Below are positions 10,401 through 22,400 of a stretch of DNA of 59,482 nt, piece by piece; the first letter of the stretch is position 1; every line of letters begins with the position of its first letter. The translations under genes and the position numbers were made by a program. Location: positions 1 through 59,482 of the forward strand of contig JALHMH010000029.1 in assembly GCA_022844165.1 (NCBI GenBank), read 5' to 3'. This DNA comes from Lysobacterales bacterium. GTDB lineage: Bacteria > Pseudomonadota > Gammaproteobacteria > Xanthomonadales > SZUA-5. A model generated the notes under the pieces. It did no database searches, was not told the origin of the DNA, and was given only the letters and a program-made list of their open reading frames with translations.

Positions 10401-13400
10401 GCCGCTCTGCAGCGCGCCCGGTTGCAGGCTAAGGCTTACGTCCGTCGTCGCCAATGGCGTGTCAAGCAGCTGTCGGCGCACGGTTGCGCGCACCGGCACA
10501 TCGGTGAGCGCAACGCCGCCGGTGTTGCGCACTTCGAATCCGATGCTTGCGCCCTGCCCCGCGCTCAGCGGCGCGCCCGGCAACACCCATCGGCCGGAGA
10601 GCGCTGGCGGTGCGGTACTGGCGAGCAGCGTCACCGCCGCTCCACCTTCGGCAAGCTGGCCGCCTGCCCAGATTTCGCTGCGAATCTGATAAGCGCCCGG
10701 CGCCAGATTCGCGCTGATGAAGGCGATCGGAACGCTGCCGCTGAAGCCTGGTGTCATCGTCGCCAACGCCTGTGTGCGCGTCGCCACTGTGACGCCGCTG
10801 GCGTTCAACAGCTGCGTGCGCAACTCGGCGCCATCGACCACCGCATTGCCCACGACGTAACTCAGCGCTGCCGACACATCGATGGACGTGCCAATAGCGA
10901 TGGCTTGTTGGCTCGGCGTCAGCGTTAGCGTCAGCAACCGCAGCGCGCTCACATCGACCGGCAGCTCGCGTTCGCGCACGATTTGCCCGCTGGTCGAGTA
11001 CAACGTCGCGCGCACCAGATAACGCCCTGCCACGACGTTGCCGGGCGACCATTGCAATCCACGATCCACGCTGGCGCCCGGCGTGGTGAGGTTGATCGAC
11101 TGTTGCAACAACTGCGTGACCAACACTTGTTGCGCGTCGAACACACTGATACGCAACTGGCCATTGAACGCGGCGCCGCCAGCGCTGACGATGGCGTTGC
11201 CAAGCAAGGTCTCGCCCGGCACCACGACCGGGCGATCGAGCGTTAACGTCAGCTCGGGCAGACCATCTGCGTTGACGATCAGCGAGCGTGTCGCCGCATT
11301 GTTGGCGAGCGACGATTCGGGCATCGACGCGCCCGGGTTGACGCGCGCGGTTAACGAATATGCGCCGCTGTCCTGCAGCACTGGCGTGTCGGCTGCGACC
11401 ACGCGTTCTGCGCCCGACGCGAGCGGCGCGACCGCCACAACGATCGGCGCAAGCGACACGCCGCTCGGCGTTGCCAATTGCAGCTGCAACGTAGTTGCCT
11501 GACTGCCGGCGCTGCCAATGTTGCGCACGCGCGTGAAGATGCGCACAGACGATCCCGGTGTACCGGTCGCGGGCTGCAACGTGATGTCGCTGGCGCGCAG
11601 CGCCAGATCGGGCAGACCATCACTGGGCACTGTTACCGTGATCGGCAACGCTGGCGGGCTGTCGGGCTGCCCCGGCAGGGTGGCGATCGCGGCCAGAATA
11701 TTCTCACCGAATTGCAGCGGCTGGCTGTCGATGCGGAAGGTGCCCGGCGCCTGCACGATGCGCGTTTGTTCGCTGAACGTCAGGCGCCATTCGTCGCTGG
11801 CCAACTGCCGGAGATCGTTGGCATCTTGCGTCGGCAGCGACGCGACGGCGGCCAGATCGGGCCAGCGCAGCAATCTGAATTCACTGGCGCTGAGCACGCC
11901 CAACAACGTGTCGTCGCTGTTGAAGTCAGCGTGCGACGCGCCTTCGACGCTGATCCGCGTCGCGGCGCCGGTGCCCAGGTGCACGCTATACACGCCGGTC
12001 ACCGCGCCAACACGGCCGACCACCAATACGATCGGCGCGCGTTTGGCGAAGCTTGGCCGGGCGTTGCCGGTCAGTTCCACGGGCAGATCCAACGTGGTCG
12101 CGGTTTCGACATCGAAACGCTTCAATCCGGCCGCAGACTGCCAGACGATCCAGCGACCGCTTGGATCGAATCGTGGTCCCCATGAGATGCCTGAGGCCGC
12201 GGCAATCGTCTGCCACTGGCCGTTCGGCTGTAGCCGCCACTCGATGCTGGTCGGACCGATGACGGCAAGGCGCCGGCCATCGTCGCTCAATCGGAATCCG
12301 AGTATCTGCGGCTGCTCCAACAAGGTGTCGCGATGAAGGCTCGGCAGCCGGATTCGATCGATCCGCGCGCGATCGCTGAAGACTTCGCAAACCAGCAGAT
12401 CGTGCGCATTTAGCCACTGCGGATCGCCGCATGGCGGGCCGAGCGCGGCCAACATCGCGCTATCGGTCGCACGGCGCAGCGCCTGCGACACGACGACATG
12501 CCGCGCGTCCGGCGACCAGTCGCCGACCAGCGAAAAATTGCGTGAGGCCATTTGTGTGGCCACCATGGCCGAGGCGATGTTTCTGGCCAAACCCACTTGC
12601 ACCGTTGAGCCGGGCTGCCCGCGCCCGGTCACCACCGTTTGGGTCTCTGGCACGGTTACGGATTGACCGTAACGTGTGGGGAACACGAACAACGGCGAAA
12701 TCACCGGGTTATCGCTGAAGGGCACGGCCGATGCGGTGTTGGACTCGGCACTCAAGTTGCCGATCGCATCGCGCGCCTGCACTCGATAGTAGTAGCGCGT
12801 GCCGTTGGTCAATCCCGTATCGCGATGCTGGTTGGTGGCGACGTCGGTGAGAGTGGTGAAGGGTCCGTCCTGCGCCAGCGAACGTCTGATGCGGTAACCC
12901 GCGGGCGTCAATCCCGCGCCCGGTTGCCACGCCAAATCGATCGCACCACCACCGGCGACCGCCGTTGCGCTCAAGCCCACGGGCGGCGACAAACTGCCGA
13001 CATCAATGGTCAAAACCACCAGATTGGATTCCGCTGTATTGCCAACGGCGTCCACGGCGTACACCTGATAGCCGTAGGCGCCGTTGAGCAACTGCGGATC
13101 GTCGTAGCTGCGCCGCGTGATGTCGGTGAGTGTGGCGATACGCGTGCTGCCGCGGAACACCCAAAACGCCGCCAGGTCGGTGCCTGGATGCGTCCAGGTC
13201 AATTGTGCTGTCGAACTATTCACCGAACCGCTGAGCACCGGCGCTGCGGGCGGCGTGGCATCGCCGACGTCGACATCGTGGAACTCGGATGCGGCACTGC
13301 TGAAGGCATGCTCGTTGATGGTCAGGACGCGGTAGCGATGGCGCCCGTCGGTCAAGGTTTCGGTCAGTTCCGTGGCGCTTTGCACCGGCCGGGTGCGAAC

Positions 13401-16400
13401 ACGAACTTCCCGCAGTTCGTAGTCTGCCGCCGCAGCCGCCACATCGAGTCGCAGCCGTGTGCTTCGATACGGCTGCGCCAGCGTCAGTCGCAGCGAGTGG
13501 CTTTCGGTTTGTGTCGATGCCGTCAACGGCACCAGTACCGCACGCCATCCGGCTCGTAGCTCGACCTGCATCGTTGCTGGTGCCGCAAACAGCAGCTCGA
13601 TCTCGGTGATCATTGCGACCGATGCCAGGTCAATATCGATGCCGAGCGGCGTCTCGGCGGGGATACCGAATCCGCTATCGAGATCCTCGTCGTTCAGTTC
13701 GGGCGCCGGGAGCGGCGGCTCCTGTCCGTATTGCACGGCTACGGTGGTGGGTGTCGTCGTCACGTCCGGCGCCACCGGCAAACCACCGCGCAAGACGCGG
13801 AATCCGAGCGGATACAAGTGATTCGCGACCGTCCAACCTAACGTCGCGACGTAGCCGTTGACGGTCGATGTCAATCCGGTTGGCACCGGAGGTATCGCGC
13901 TTTTCAACACCGAAATCTCGGTGGCTTTGCTGCGTTGACCTTGGGCGTCGCGGATCACAAAGCGGAACAGATTTTCGCCGTCGCTCAAGGCGAGGGTGCG
14001 CGGGCTGATTTGCCCCGCGCCAATCGACGTCGGTGGCAAGGAAACGGTGCCGCTGGCAGTGGTCTGTTCGATTTCCACGTTGCCCGCCACCGGCGAGCCG
14101 ATGCGCACCTCGCTGCTCGATTCCAAAGTGGGCGCAAACGGTTGCGAAACGCTGGGTTGGTAGATCAGTGCCGACACCACCGGCGATGGCACCGAGCGAT
14201 TGTCGAAGCTATCGACGGCCAGTACCCGATACCGATAGGGGCCGTTGGCAAGGCCCGCGTCGACGTGACTGAGCGTGCTGCTGGAAACGGTGGTCAGCAG
14301 CTGGAACTCACCGCCGCCAGGCGCCCGCTCGACGCGGTAATTCGCCAAGTCCTCGGCCACGACTGCCGTCCACGTCAACGTTGCATCGCCACCATCGACC
14401 GCCACTTGCAGTGCTGATGGCCGCGGCGGCGCGGTCAGATCGCGATGTTCTACTGTGATCTCCGGCGGCGCCGCATCGATCAAACCTTCGCTGTCGCGCG
14501 ACCGCGCGCGCAGCTGATAGGGCCCGAACGCGCGCGGCGCCGGCACAAAGTCGCTATCGAACGGCGGCGACGAAAATGCGGGCGCGAAGGGTGCCCATGC
14601 GCCTGTTCCGCTGCGCGACTCGAAAATCACTTCGACCAGATCCTGATCGGCGCTCTGGCCACGAACGGCCACACGCGTATCGAACTGAGTGCCATCGAGC
14701 GGCCGGATCAAATTGACCCGCGGCGGACGACCGCTGCGGGTCAGGCTCGCCGGATCGGAAAACGCGCTCAAGTTTCCGGTGGTATCGATCGCCGCAACGC
14801 GCCACGCGAATACGCCATCGCCAACACCCACATCCAGCCAGTTAGTTTGCGCGATCGCAAGTTGTCGCAAATCGCCATCCGGTGAGCCTTGCAACAGCCG
14901 CGCATCGCGATACACGAGATACCCACGCAAGTCGGTTTCGGTGTTTGCATTCCAGGTCACGCGCACGTCGCCACCCTGCTCCACCACGGCAACGCCCGTC
15001 GGCGCGGCGGGTGGTTCATTGTCGATGATCACTTCGGTACTGACCTGCGCTGCGTTGCCCGAAACATCGAGTGCGCGCAGATGGAGTCGCACCGGTGCGG
15101 TGGCGATGGCGGAGCTGTCCCAGGTACCGAGCAGGCCGCCGAGCACCGCGCTGGCGCGTTGCACGATCGACGACGGTGCTGTGGGCGGCTGCAGCACTTC
15201 CACCGACAGCTCGTAACGATCGAAATCATCGCGTGCGTACGCGCGGCCGGCGATGGCGATGTTGCCGCCAATCCGTTCGCCTGCGCCCGGCGCGGTAATC
15301 AGAACCTCGGGCGGCGTGCTATCGATGCGCACGCGCGCCTCGTTGCTCGGCGTCGACGCATTGCCGGCGCGATCCAGCGCCTGCACACGATATGCGTAGG
15401 TGCCATCGTTGAGATCGCTGTCCAGGTACGTGGTGGTTGACGTTTCGCCGATGGCCGTGCCGTTGCGCAATACGCGCCATGCCACGACGTCGGGATGTGC
15501 GCTGGCCTGAATCGTCAACCGCGCGGCACGTTGTCCCTGCCGCTCTGCGCTTAAGCCGTTGGCCGGCGGCGGCGGGGTTTGATCGATTTGCACATCGACA
15601 AAATCTTCGGAGACCGTTCCGGCCTTGTCGGCCACGCGCAGTCGCAGCGCATAGGCGCCATCGTTGGTTGGCGCACCGACACTGGCGATTACACCGCTGG
15701 CATCTTCGTTGCCCAACGCCAGCGTGGTGAAGCTGCCGTTCGGACGCGGTGCGATGGCGATCTCGTAGCTGTCGATATTGGCATCGGTGGCCGCACCGGC
15801 GACATCGAAAATCGCACCGACAAAACCGTTATCGCTGGGCGCATCGATACGCGCCAGCGGCGGGGTGTTATCGAGCACGATGGGGGTTTCGGCAAAACCG
15901 CTGTTCCCGGCGGTATCGCGCGCAAGCAGGCGCAAGCGATACGCCCCATCGGCGGCCACGCCATTCCACTGCACCGTCACCGGACCGGAGGCCGCATTGT
16001 TTTGTGTGGCGATACTGCTCGACGAAGCGCCTTCGAGCGTCAGCTGCCAATCGGCAAGTCGCGTATCACTCGCGGCACCGACAACCGCGATGGGTCCACG
16101 CAGCCGCGTCACGTAGGCATTCGCCGCTGGCGTTGTCAGCGAGGTTTCCGGTGGCGTGCGATCGATGATCATCGGCGCCACCAGCGTGCTGCGATTGCCG
16201 CCGGCATCCTCAGCGACCAGGTTCAACTGATAACTGCCTTCGGGCACATCATCGAGATTGACCAGATCGATGTTGCCGGCGCCATCGAACTGTGTCAGCA
16301 ATCCGGGCAACGGCGGCGTGGCGCTGGCCGTCAATAGCCGGGGATTGGCCTCCACCAAATTGATCGTGAAAGCGCCGCGACCGTTGCTGATACTGCCGGC

Positions 16401-19400
16401 TGGCGCCAGACGCTGAATCACCGGCGCAGTGCGGTCGACGATCACCGGGAAATCGGCAACGTCGACCAGCGCCGCCTGATCCGGATCGATCACGCGCAAG
16501 CGCACGAAGTAGCGGCCGTCGGGCAGCACCGTGCTGGCATCGTTGCGCCCATCCCAGCCGCGCGTCTGCGTGCCGTTCAACAGCGTTTGCGCTTGCACGG
16601 TGCGCAGTGTGTTACCACCCTCATCGACGACCAGCACACTGGTGAAACCGGTGCGCGATTGTTGCCAGTTCAGCTCAGTCGCATCGAGCACACCATCGCC
16701 ATTCGGCGATATCAGCGGCACCGTGAGCGCCGCCTGCGTGATCAGCGGCGAACGTTGCGGAATGATCACCTCACGTTCGACCATCGATTCATGGCCGACC
16801 CGGTCGACCGCTTTCGCGCGCAGCCGATAGGTGCCCGGCGGCAGCGGGTTGTGCCAGAGGTGGGTCGCGACAAACGGACCCTCGTGGCCTTCGCGTACAT
16901 CGATACGCGCGATTTCCGTGTAGGTACTCGCGCCCTGGCCACGCACGGCAAACTCAACCGCGCGTAAGTAGACATCGCTGGCCGTTGCTCGCAAGTTCTC
17001 GAACAGCGCAATCGTCGCCCCGGCTGCCGGCGCGTTCCAGGCGATGGTGGGGGGCGTGGTGTCGATGCCAACCGGGACGACAAATCGCAATTCGTGCCCA
17101 CAAGTATCGATCGCATTGAGCACAAACACATACTCGCCGTCGGCTGCAGCCGCGCCATTGATACGACCATCCCACGCCCATGCCACGTCGCCACCGGTCG
17201 TTTCACGCGTCGGCAGCGTCACCAACGCAGGCCCCTGCGCCGACCATTCGCCGATCCAACCGACACTAGTCAACGTGGGTCTCGAGCCAACCGCGTGCAC
17301 TGCTGCGGTAACCGTCATCGCTTCGAACGCCGTGGCGACAACATGCGCAGCCTGCTGCAAGTTCGGCGAAAACAGGTAGGCACTGCGCGCCAGCCCTGCA
17401 GTCATTACAGTTGGTAGGATCACCGCACTGGGCGAGCGTCCGATGCGGGGTTGTGCAACAGAAACACGGCTATCGACGATGACGGTGCGTTGAACTGCGG
17501 GTGAGAGGTTGCCGCAAAACTCGCTGCGAATGCTGAGCTGAGCAGTTCCGTCGTCACCCCCGGACACAGGTTCCACTCCGAGGGAAAAGGCAGCGGGATT
17601 CGCATTTGCTCTTCCGACCCCATTCGGACGTGGCAATCGTTCAACCCCTGTGAAAGTTCTAGAAGAGCCGCCGTCGATCAACGCCTCGACCTCAATCGAA
17701 CGAACGAACATGGAACGAACTTCGCCCGCGACGGCGTTGTTATCGCCGAGACACACTCGATCGCCGTTCAGCGGCTGATCGATCACCGGCGACGGTGGCA
17801 TCGCTTCGCTTCGACCCACCGTCGAGCGGTATTGGCCATCGGCTGTGACGACATCGACGTTAAACTCGCCGGTGGGCAATCCAGTCAGATTTAGGCGAGC
17901 ACGTCCCGGCCGCTGCTCGATGATTTGCAACGCAGTAGTTTCGCCATTTCGAGGGTCCGTCCAATGAGCGCTTATGGCGCTCTGCAGCAATGGCACTGAC
18001 ACCCAGGCACTACTCGCACCCACCGCTTCGCACAATTCGACCTGGTTTCCTGGAGCATTGCCGCCACTGCCACCTGAGGTGCTGTCGCCAGGCGGCGGGT
18101 CGATTTCGACCATGTTGGAAGTTTGCCCGTTCGGGCCGCGAAAACGAAGTTGCACCTTTGCGCTCGTCAGCCACCCTAACGGCACTCGCGCATAAAATTC
18201 CGAACGCGCAAAGCAGCTCGTCTCTCGCTCGGGAACGTCGGATGCGGCGACCAGTTGGAATGGCGTCGAGATCCAAGCCGAAGAACCAGTGCGCCGTTCC
18301 AGAACCCAACCGATTGGATTGGACGTCAACAGCTCCAAGTCCATCCTTGGCGGAGTTGTTTCCGGCCTTTGAAGCACAACCAACTCACCGCGACCCGGCA
18401 ATGACCAGTTCTGCGCTTGAAGCCGCCCAGACTGCACACCGAGCCCAGACAACGCCACCGACTGTGATCGCAGGTTACCGCCGCGATCGGTGCCCAGCAC
18501 TCGGAACTCGCCAGATCGCACTTCGGCCGGTGTCAGCGATGCCGTGGCTTCGATGACGCCGTTTGAACCAAAATTGCCGATCGCGTAGATGTTGTTCCAA
18601 ACACCCGCGCGGCGCTCCTGCAACCTCACCTCACCCCAGTTCGCATCACCCGCGTGAATGGATAAAACACCCGCAAAACCACGCACAAACGGCCCAGTAT
18701 CGGCATTTTGGCAAGTGGCGCTGCCCGGTAGCGATTCGCTCACTTGGATCACCGGCAAGCTATTGTCGATGGTGACCTGCACGGCTCGATCGTTGACCAG
18801 CAGGCGATACAGCCCATCGGGCAAGACCTCGCCGCTCGCGCGACGACCGTCCCACGTGTAGGTGTAGGTTCCGGCGCTTGCGTGGGTGCGTTCCACGGTG
18901 CGCACCAAAGAGCCTGCGTCATCGACGATGCGGATCGAAATCTCGGCGGGCGAACGTAGCTCGTAGGTCAGCGTCACGCTGTCCTGCACACCATCGCCAT
19001 TCGGCGAGATGAACTGGCGATCGGCGCGCACCAGGCCCAGGGCCTCGATGGAAAACCACACGACTTCGCGCTCGCTGATGGCTTCATTGCCGGCACGATC
19101 CTGCGTTCGCAGGCGCACACGATAGCGGCCTGGCGCGGGTGGCGACCACGCGCCCAGGATCGTGTCATCCAAGGGCTCGATACCGGCAAAAATTTCGGTC
19201 CACGTCGATTCGCCGGTGCGCTGGTACGCAACACTGTAGCCTGCGAGATTGACATCGTTCGCATCGCCACGAATCAGCAAGGTTCGTAGCGCTGCCTCGT
19301 ATTCGATGCGCAACCCGGCCAGCCCATTGGCGATCGATGACAGGGCCTCAACGCGCTCGCCATCGCATTGCGGAGATGAACCGAACGCCCGCATCCAGGC

Positions 19401-22400
19401 GATGCGCCCATCGCCTGCCAGTGCCTCTGGATCCTGCGTCGCTGGTGTCGCGATACCGGGCCGCAAGGGCCACTCGCCGAGACCTCGTTCCACAGCAACA
19501 CCGTTATCGCGACCTAACAATTGAAGCTCGCCATTGAGCCAATGCTTGGGCAGCAAATCGTCGAACGCATGCGTCTCACCGTTGGGCAAGATCATGAACC
19601 CACGCGAAGCGATGGCACCCGCCGTGGATCGATCGATGTCCTGATACGCAACATAAGTGCCGGCCACATGCGATTCGTCCGGCGACCAGAGAACATTCTC
19701 GACATGAAGTCCCAGCGGATAGTCCGCATTAAACGGCTCAGCATCCGGATCGGCCGGACTGAGATCGACTTCGGTGTGCGTACCGCTCTGCAAATCCCAA
19801 AGCCGGGCGCGGGCCGCTTTGCCATGCGTCGTCAGCATTCTTGCGCCCGAAGGACTAACGCTGACCGAATAGTTCTCCTGGCCAAATTCTGCGCTGAAAA
19901 GCGCGGTCAGCGAGCCGCTCTGTTCGTCGATGCGCAACACGCGCTCCGGATCAGCGCCCCGAAAGACTGGTGTGTCCTCAGTCGCCCAATAGAAGGCTCT
20001 GGAAAATCGGCTGTACTTAAACTCACCAAACTGCGGATGCGGCGTGACCCCGGTATCGACATCCATCGCACCGTTCAAGCCAATCAGCTTAAAGCGCAGC
20101 GGCTCGCCCAGAAGGCGAATCAATACCCGTTCACGACCGACTACCGGCACGGTGGCCGAATCCATCCCCGCGCTCTCGGGCAACGACTGCGCCTGACCCG
20201 ACGGACTCACCGCGATCAGCGTCGCACCCAGAAAGATCCGATGCCCGCTCTGCAATTGCCCAAGGTAGCGAACGGCATTTGGCACGATCAGCGGTGGATC
20301 CAGCGCGCTGCCGTCGCGACTGCTGATGCGTCGCAGATGCAAACCATCGGCCGCTCGGAACGTCAGCGACAGCGCGTCGGCGCTGTCCATCCACAGATGC
20401 CAGCCCTGAAAATCGAAAGTATCGGTTGCACTTCGCGCCAGCAACAACCTCGGCGGCGAACCATCTTCGGCGATGCGATAGATGCCCTCGCTGGCCGGCG
20501 CGCCGGTGCGATTCGCCGCGCGCACAAAAGCCACGTTCGACCCAGGGTAGGTAACCGCACCCACCGGATAAGTAGATGCGCCGGGCCAGGCGTTGATGTC
20601 GCAACTGAGCGGCGTCAACCGCGCGTGGCCGCTGTTCGCGGCGAGCACCAGCGGCGAGCGATTGGTGTCGAGCACCACTTGCAGGCGTTTGAGCTCCTGG
20701 TGATTGCCATCGGTCAGGATCACATCGTAGCGGTCGTCGAGCGCAACGCGATTGTCGGCGCGGCGGCCGTTCCACGTCGCGCTGAATTGCGCTACCGCAC
20801 CGCCGCTCTCAAAGCTCGCCACTTCCTCGCCCCAACTTGCGACGATTCGCAATCGCTGCACGCTGGGCGTCGGCAGTCTGGACACGATCACGGTGGCATC
20901 AGCGATGCCATCGCCATTCGGCGAGAAAAACGGTTCGCTGGCGTAAAAGTCGGCATCGACCGGGGCCAGATTCAGCACTACCTTGTTGTCGTCCTCGCGG
21001 CCTTCGGGCACAGAATTAGCGCGATCCACCGTCAGCTCGATTCGCGCACTGGAATTCTGCGGGCGCGTGAAGTTGAACGTGACCGTTCGGCTTTCGCCGG
21101 CCGCCAGATTGCTCAATGTTTGTGCCGGCGCCAACGCCACATCGGCAACGGCATCGCGCAGATCGATGCTGGCGCTTGCCACGGGCTGCTGACCGGTGTT
21201 GCGGACGATCGAGGTCAATTCGACACTGGCACCGGGTGCAGGTGCACTCGGATGGGTTCGGGTGTCGACGGCCGTCAGCTGCAGATTCGGCAGCGCCAAT
21301 ACCGGCAGCGTTTGCAGACCATCGTTATCGCTTTCGTCGGCTTCGACAATGGCATTGTCGACATCGGCGCGCGCCAGCAGCTGTTGATCGCCAGCCGCTG
21401 CGATGCTGGCGATGGCCACCACAACATCGACGCTGGCGCCCGCTGCGAGTGCACCGACGGGCGCCCTGCCCAGCACCGTGAAGTCCGACGTAGCGATGGG
21501 CGCGGAACGCAGCTCCAAAGTCGACTCGACGGCGTTGTGCGCGCTGTTGTTGTGGACCCGGACACGCACTGTCGCCGGCTGTCCTTGCAGCGCCGGCGAT
21601 GGCGACGATTGCCAGCCTGCCGGATCGATACGCAGATTGGGCAAAGTCGACGCGGCGACATCGAACGCCAAATCGACGTTGTTGTTGTCTTCGCGAATTT
21701 CGACCACGGCATTGTCGGGATCGACCGCTGCCAGCAGCCGATGCGCGCCCGATTGTGTTGGCGTCAGCGGCAGATTACGCGTCGTCGAACCGCCTGCGGC
21801 CACCTGAATTTGCGGTTCGCCCAAGATCACAACCGAGTTGTCTGGCCGGCGCACGCTGACACGCAACCGGGTCGTCGGCGAATCACGCGTACCCAGATTG
21901 CGCACCACCAGCGTCACGCTCGTCGGCGTACCCTGTTGCGGATTTTGCGGCAACACGACTTCGGCGGTTAACAACGCCAGATCGACCGTCGGCTGGCGAT
22001 CGATGGTCGCCTCGGCGCGGTTGTTCGCCTCGTTGGCTTCCACTGTCGCATTGTCGGGATCGATCTCGACATTGATTCTCGAAATATCCAGATCGTCGAT
22101 GGTGATCGAAGTGCTGATCGCAACTCGCCCTTGCGCAGGCAACGTGCGGATGATGGTGGCCAACGCACGGAGCTCGCCAAAGCGCCATCCATAGATGCGG
22201 ATCGGCACATCATCAACTGCTGCCTGCCCGAGGTTCTCTGCGACAAAACTCACGTTCAACGTTTGCGGAACCGTGGTGACCACATTCGGCGCCAACTCAA
22301 CGCGGCCAAGGGCAACGGCAAAATCCGGCAGCGCTGGCGCGGGCGAGATCGTCATGCTTCGCGCCGCCTCGTTATTGGCTTCAATGCCCTCGTTGATGGT

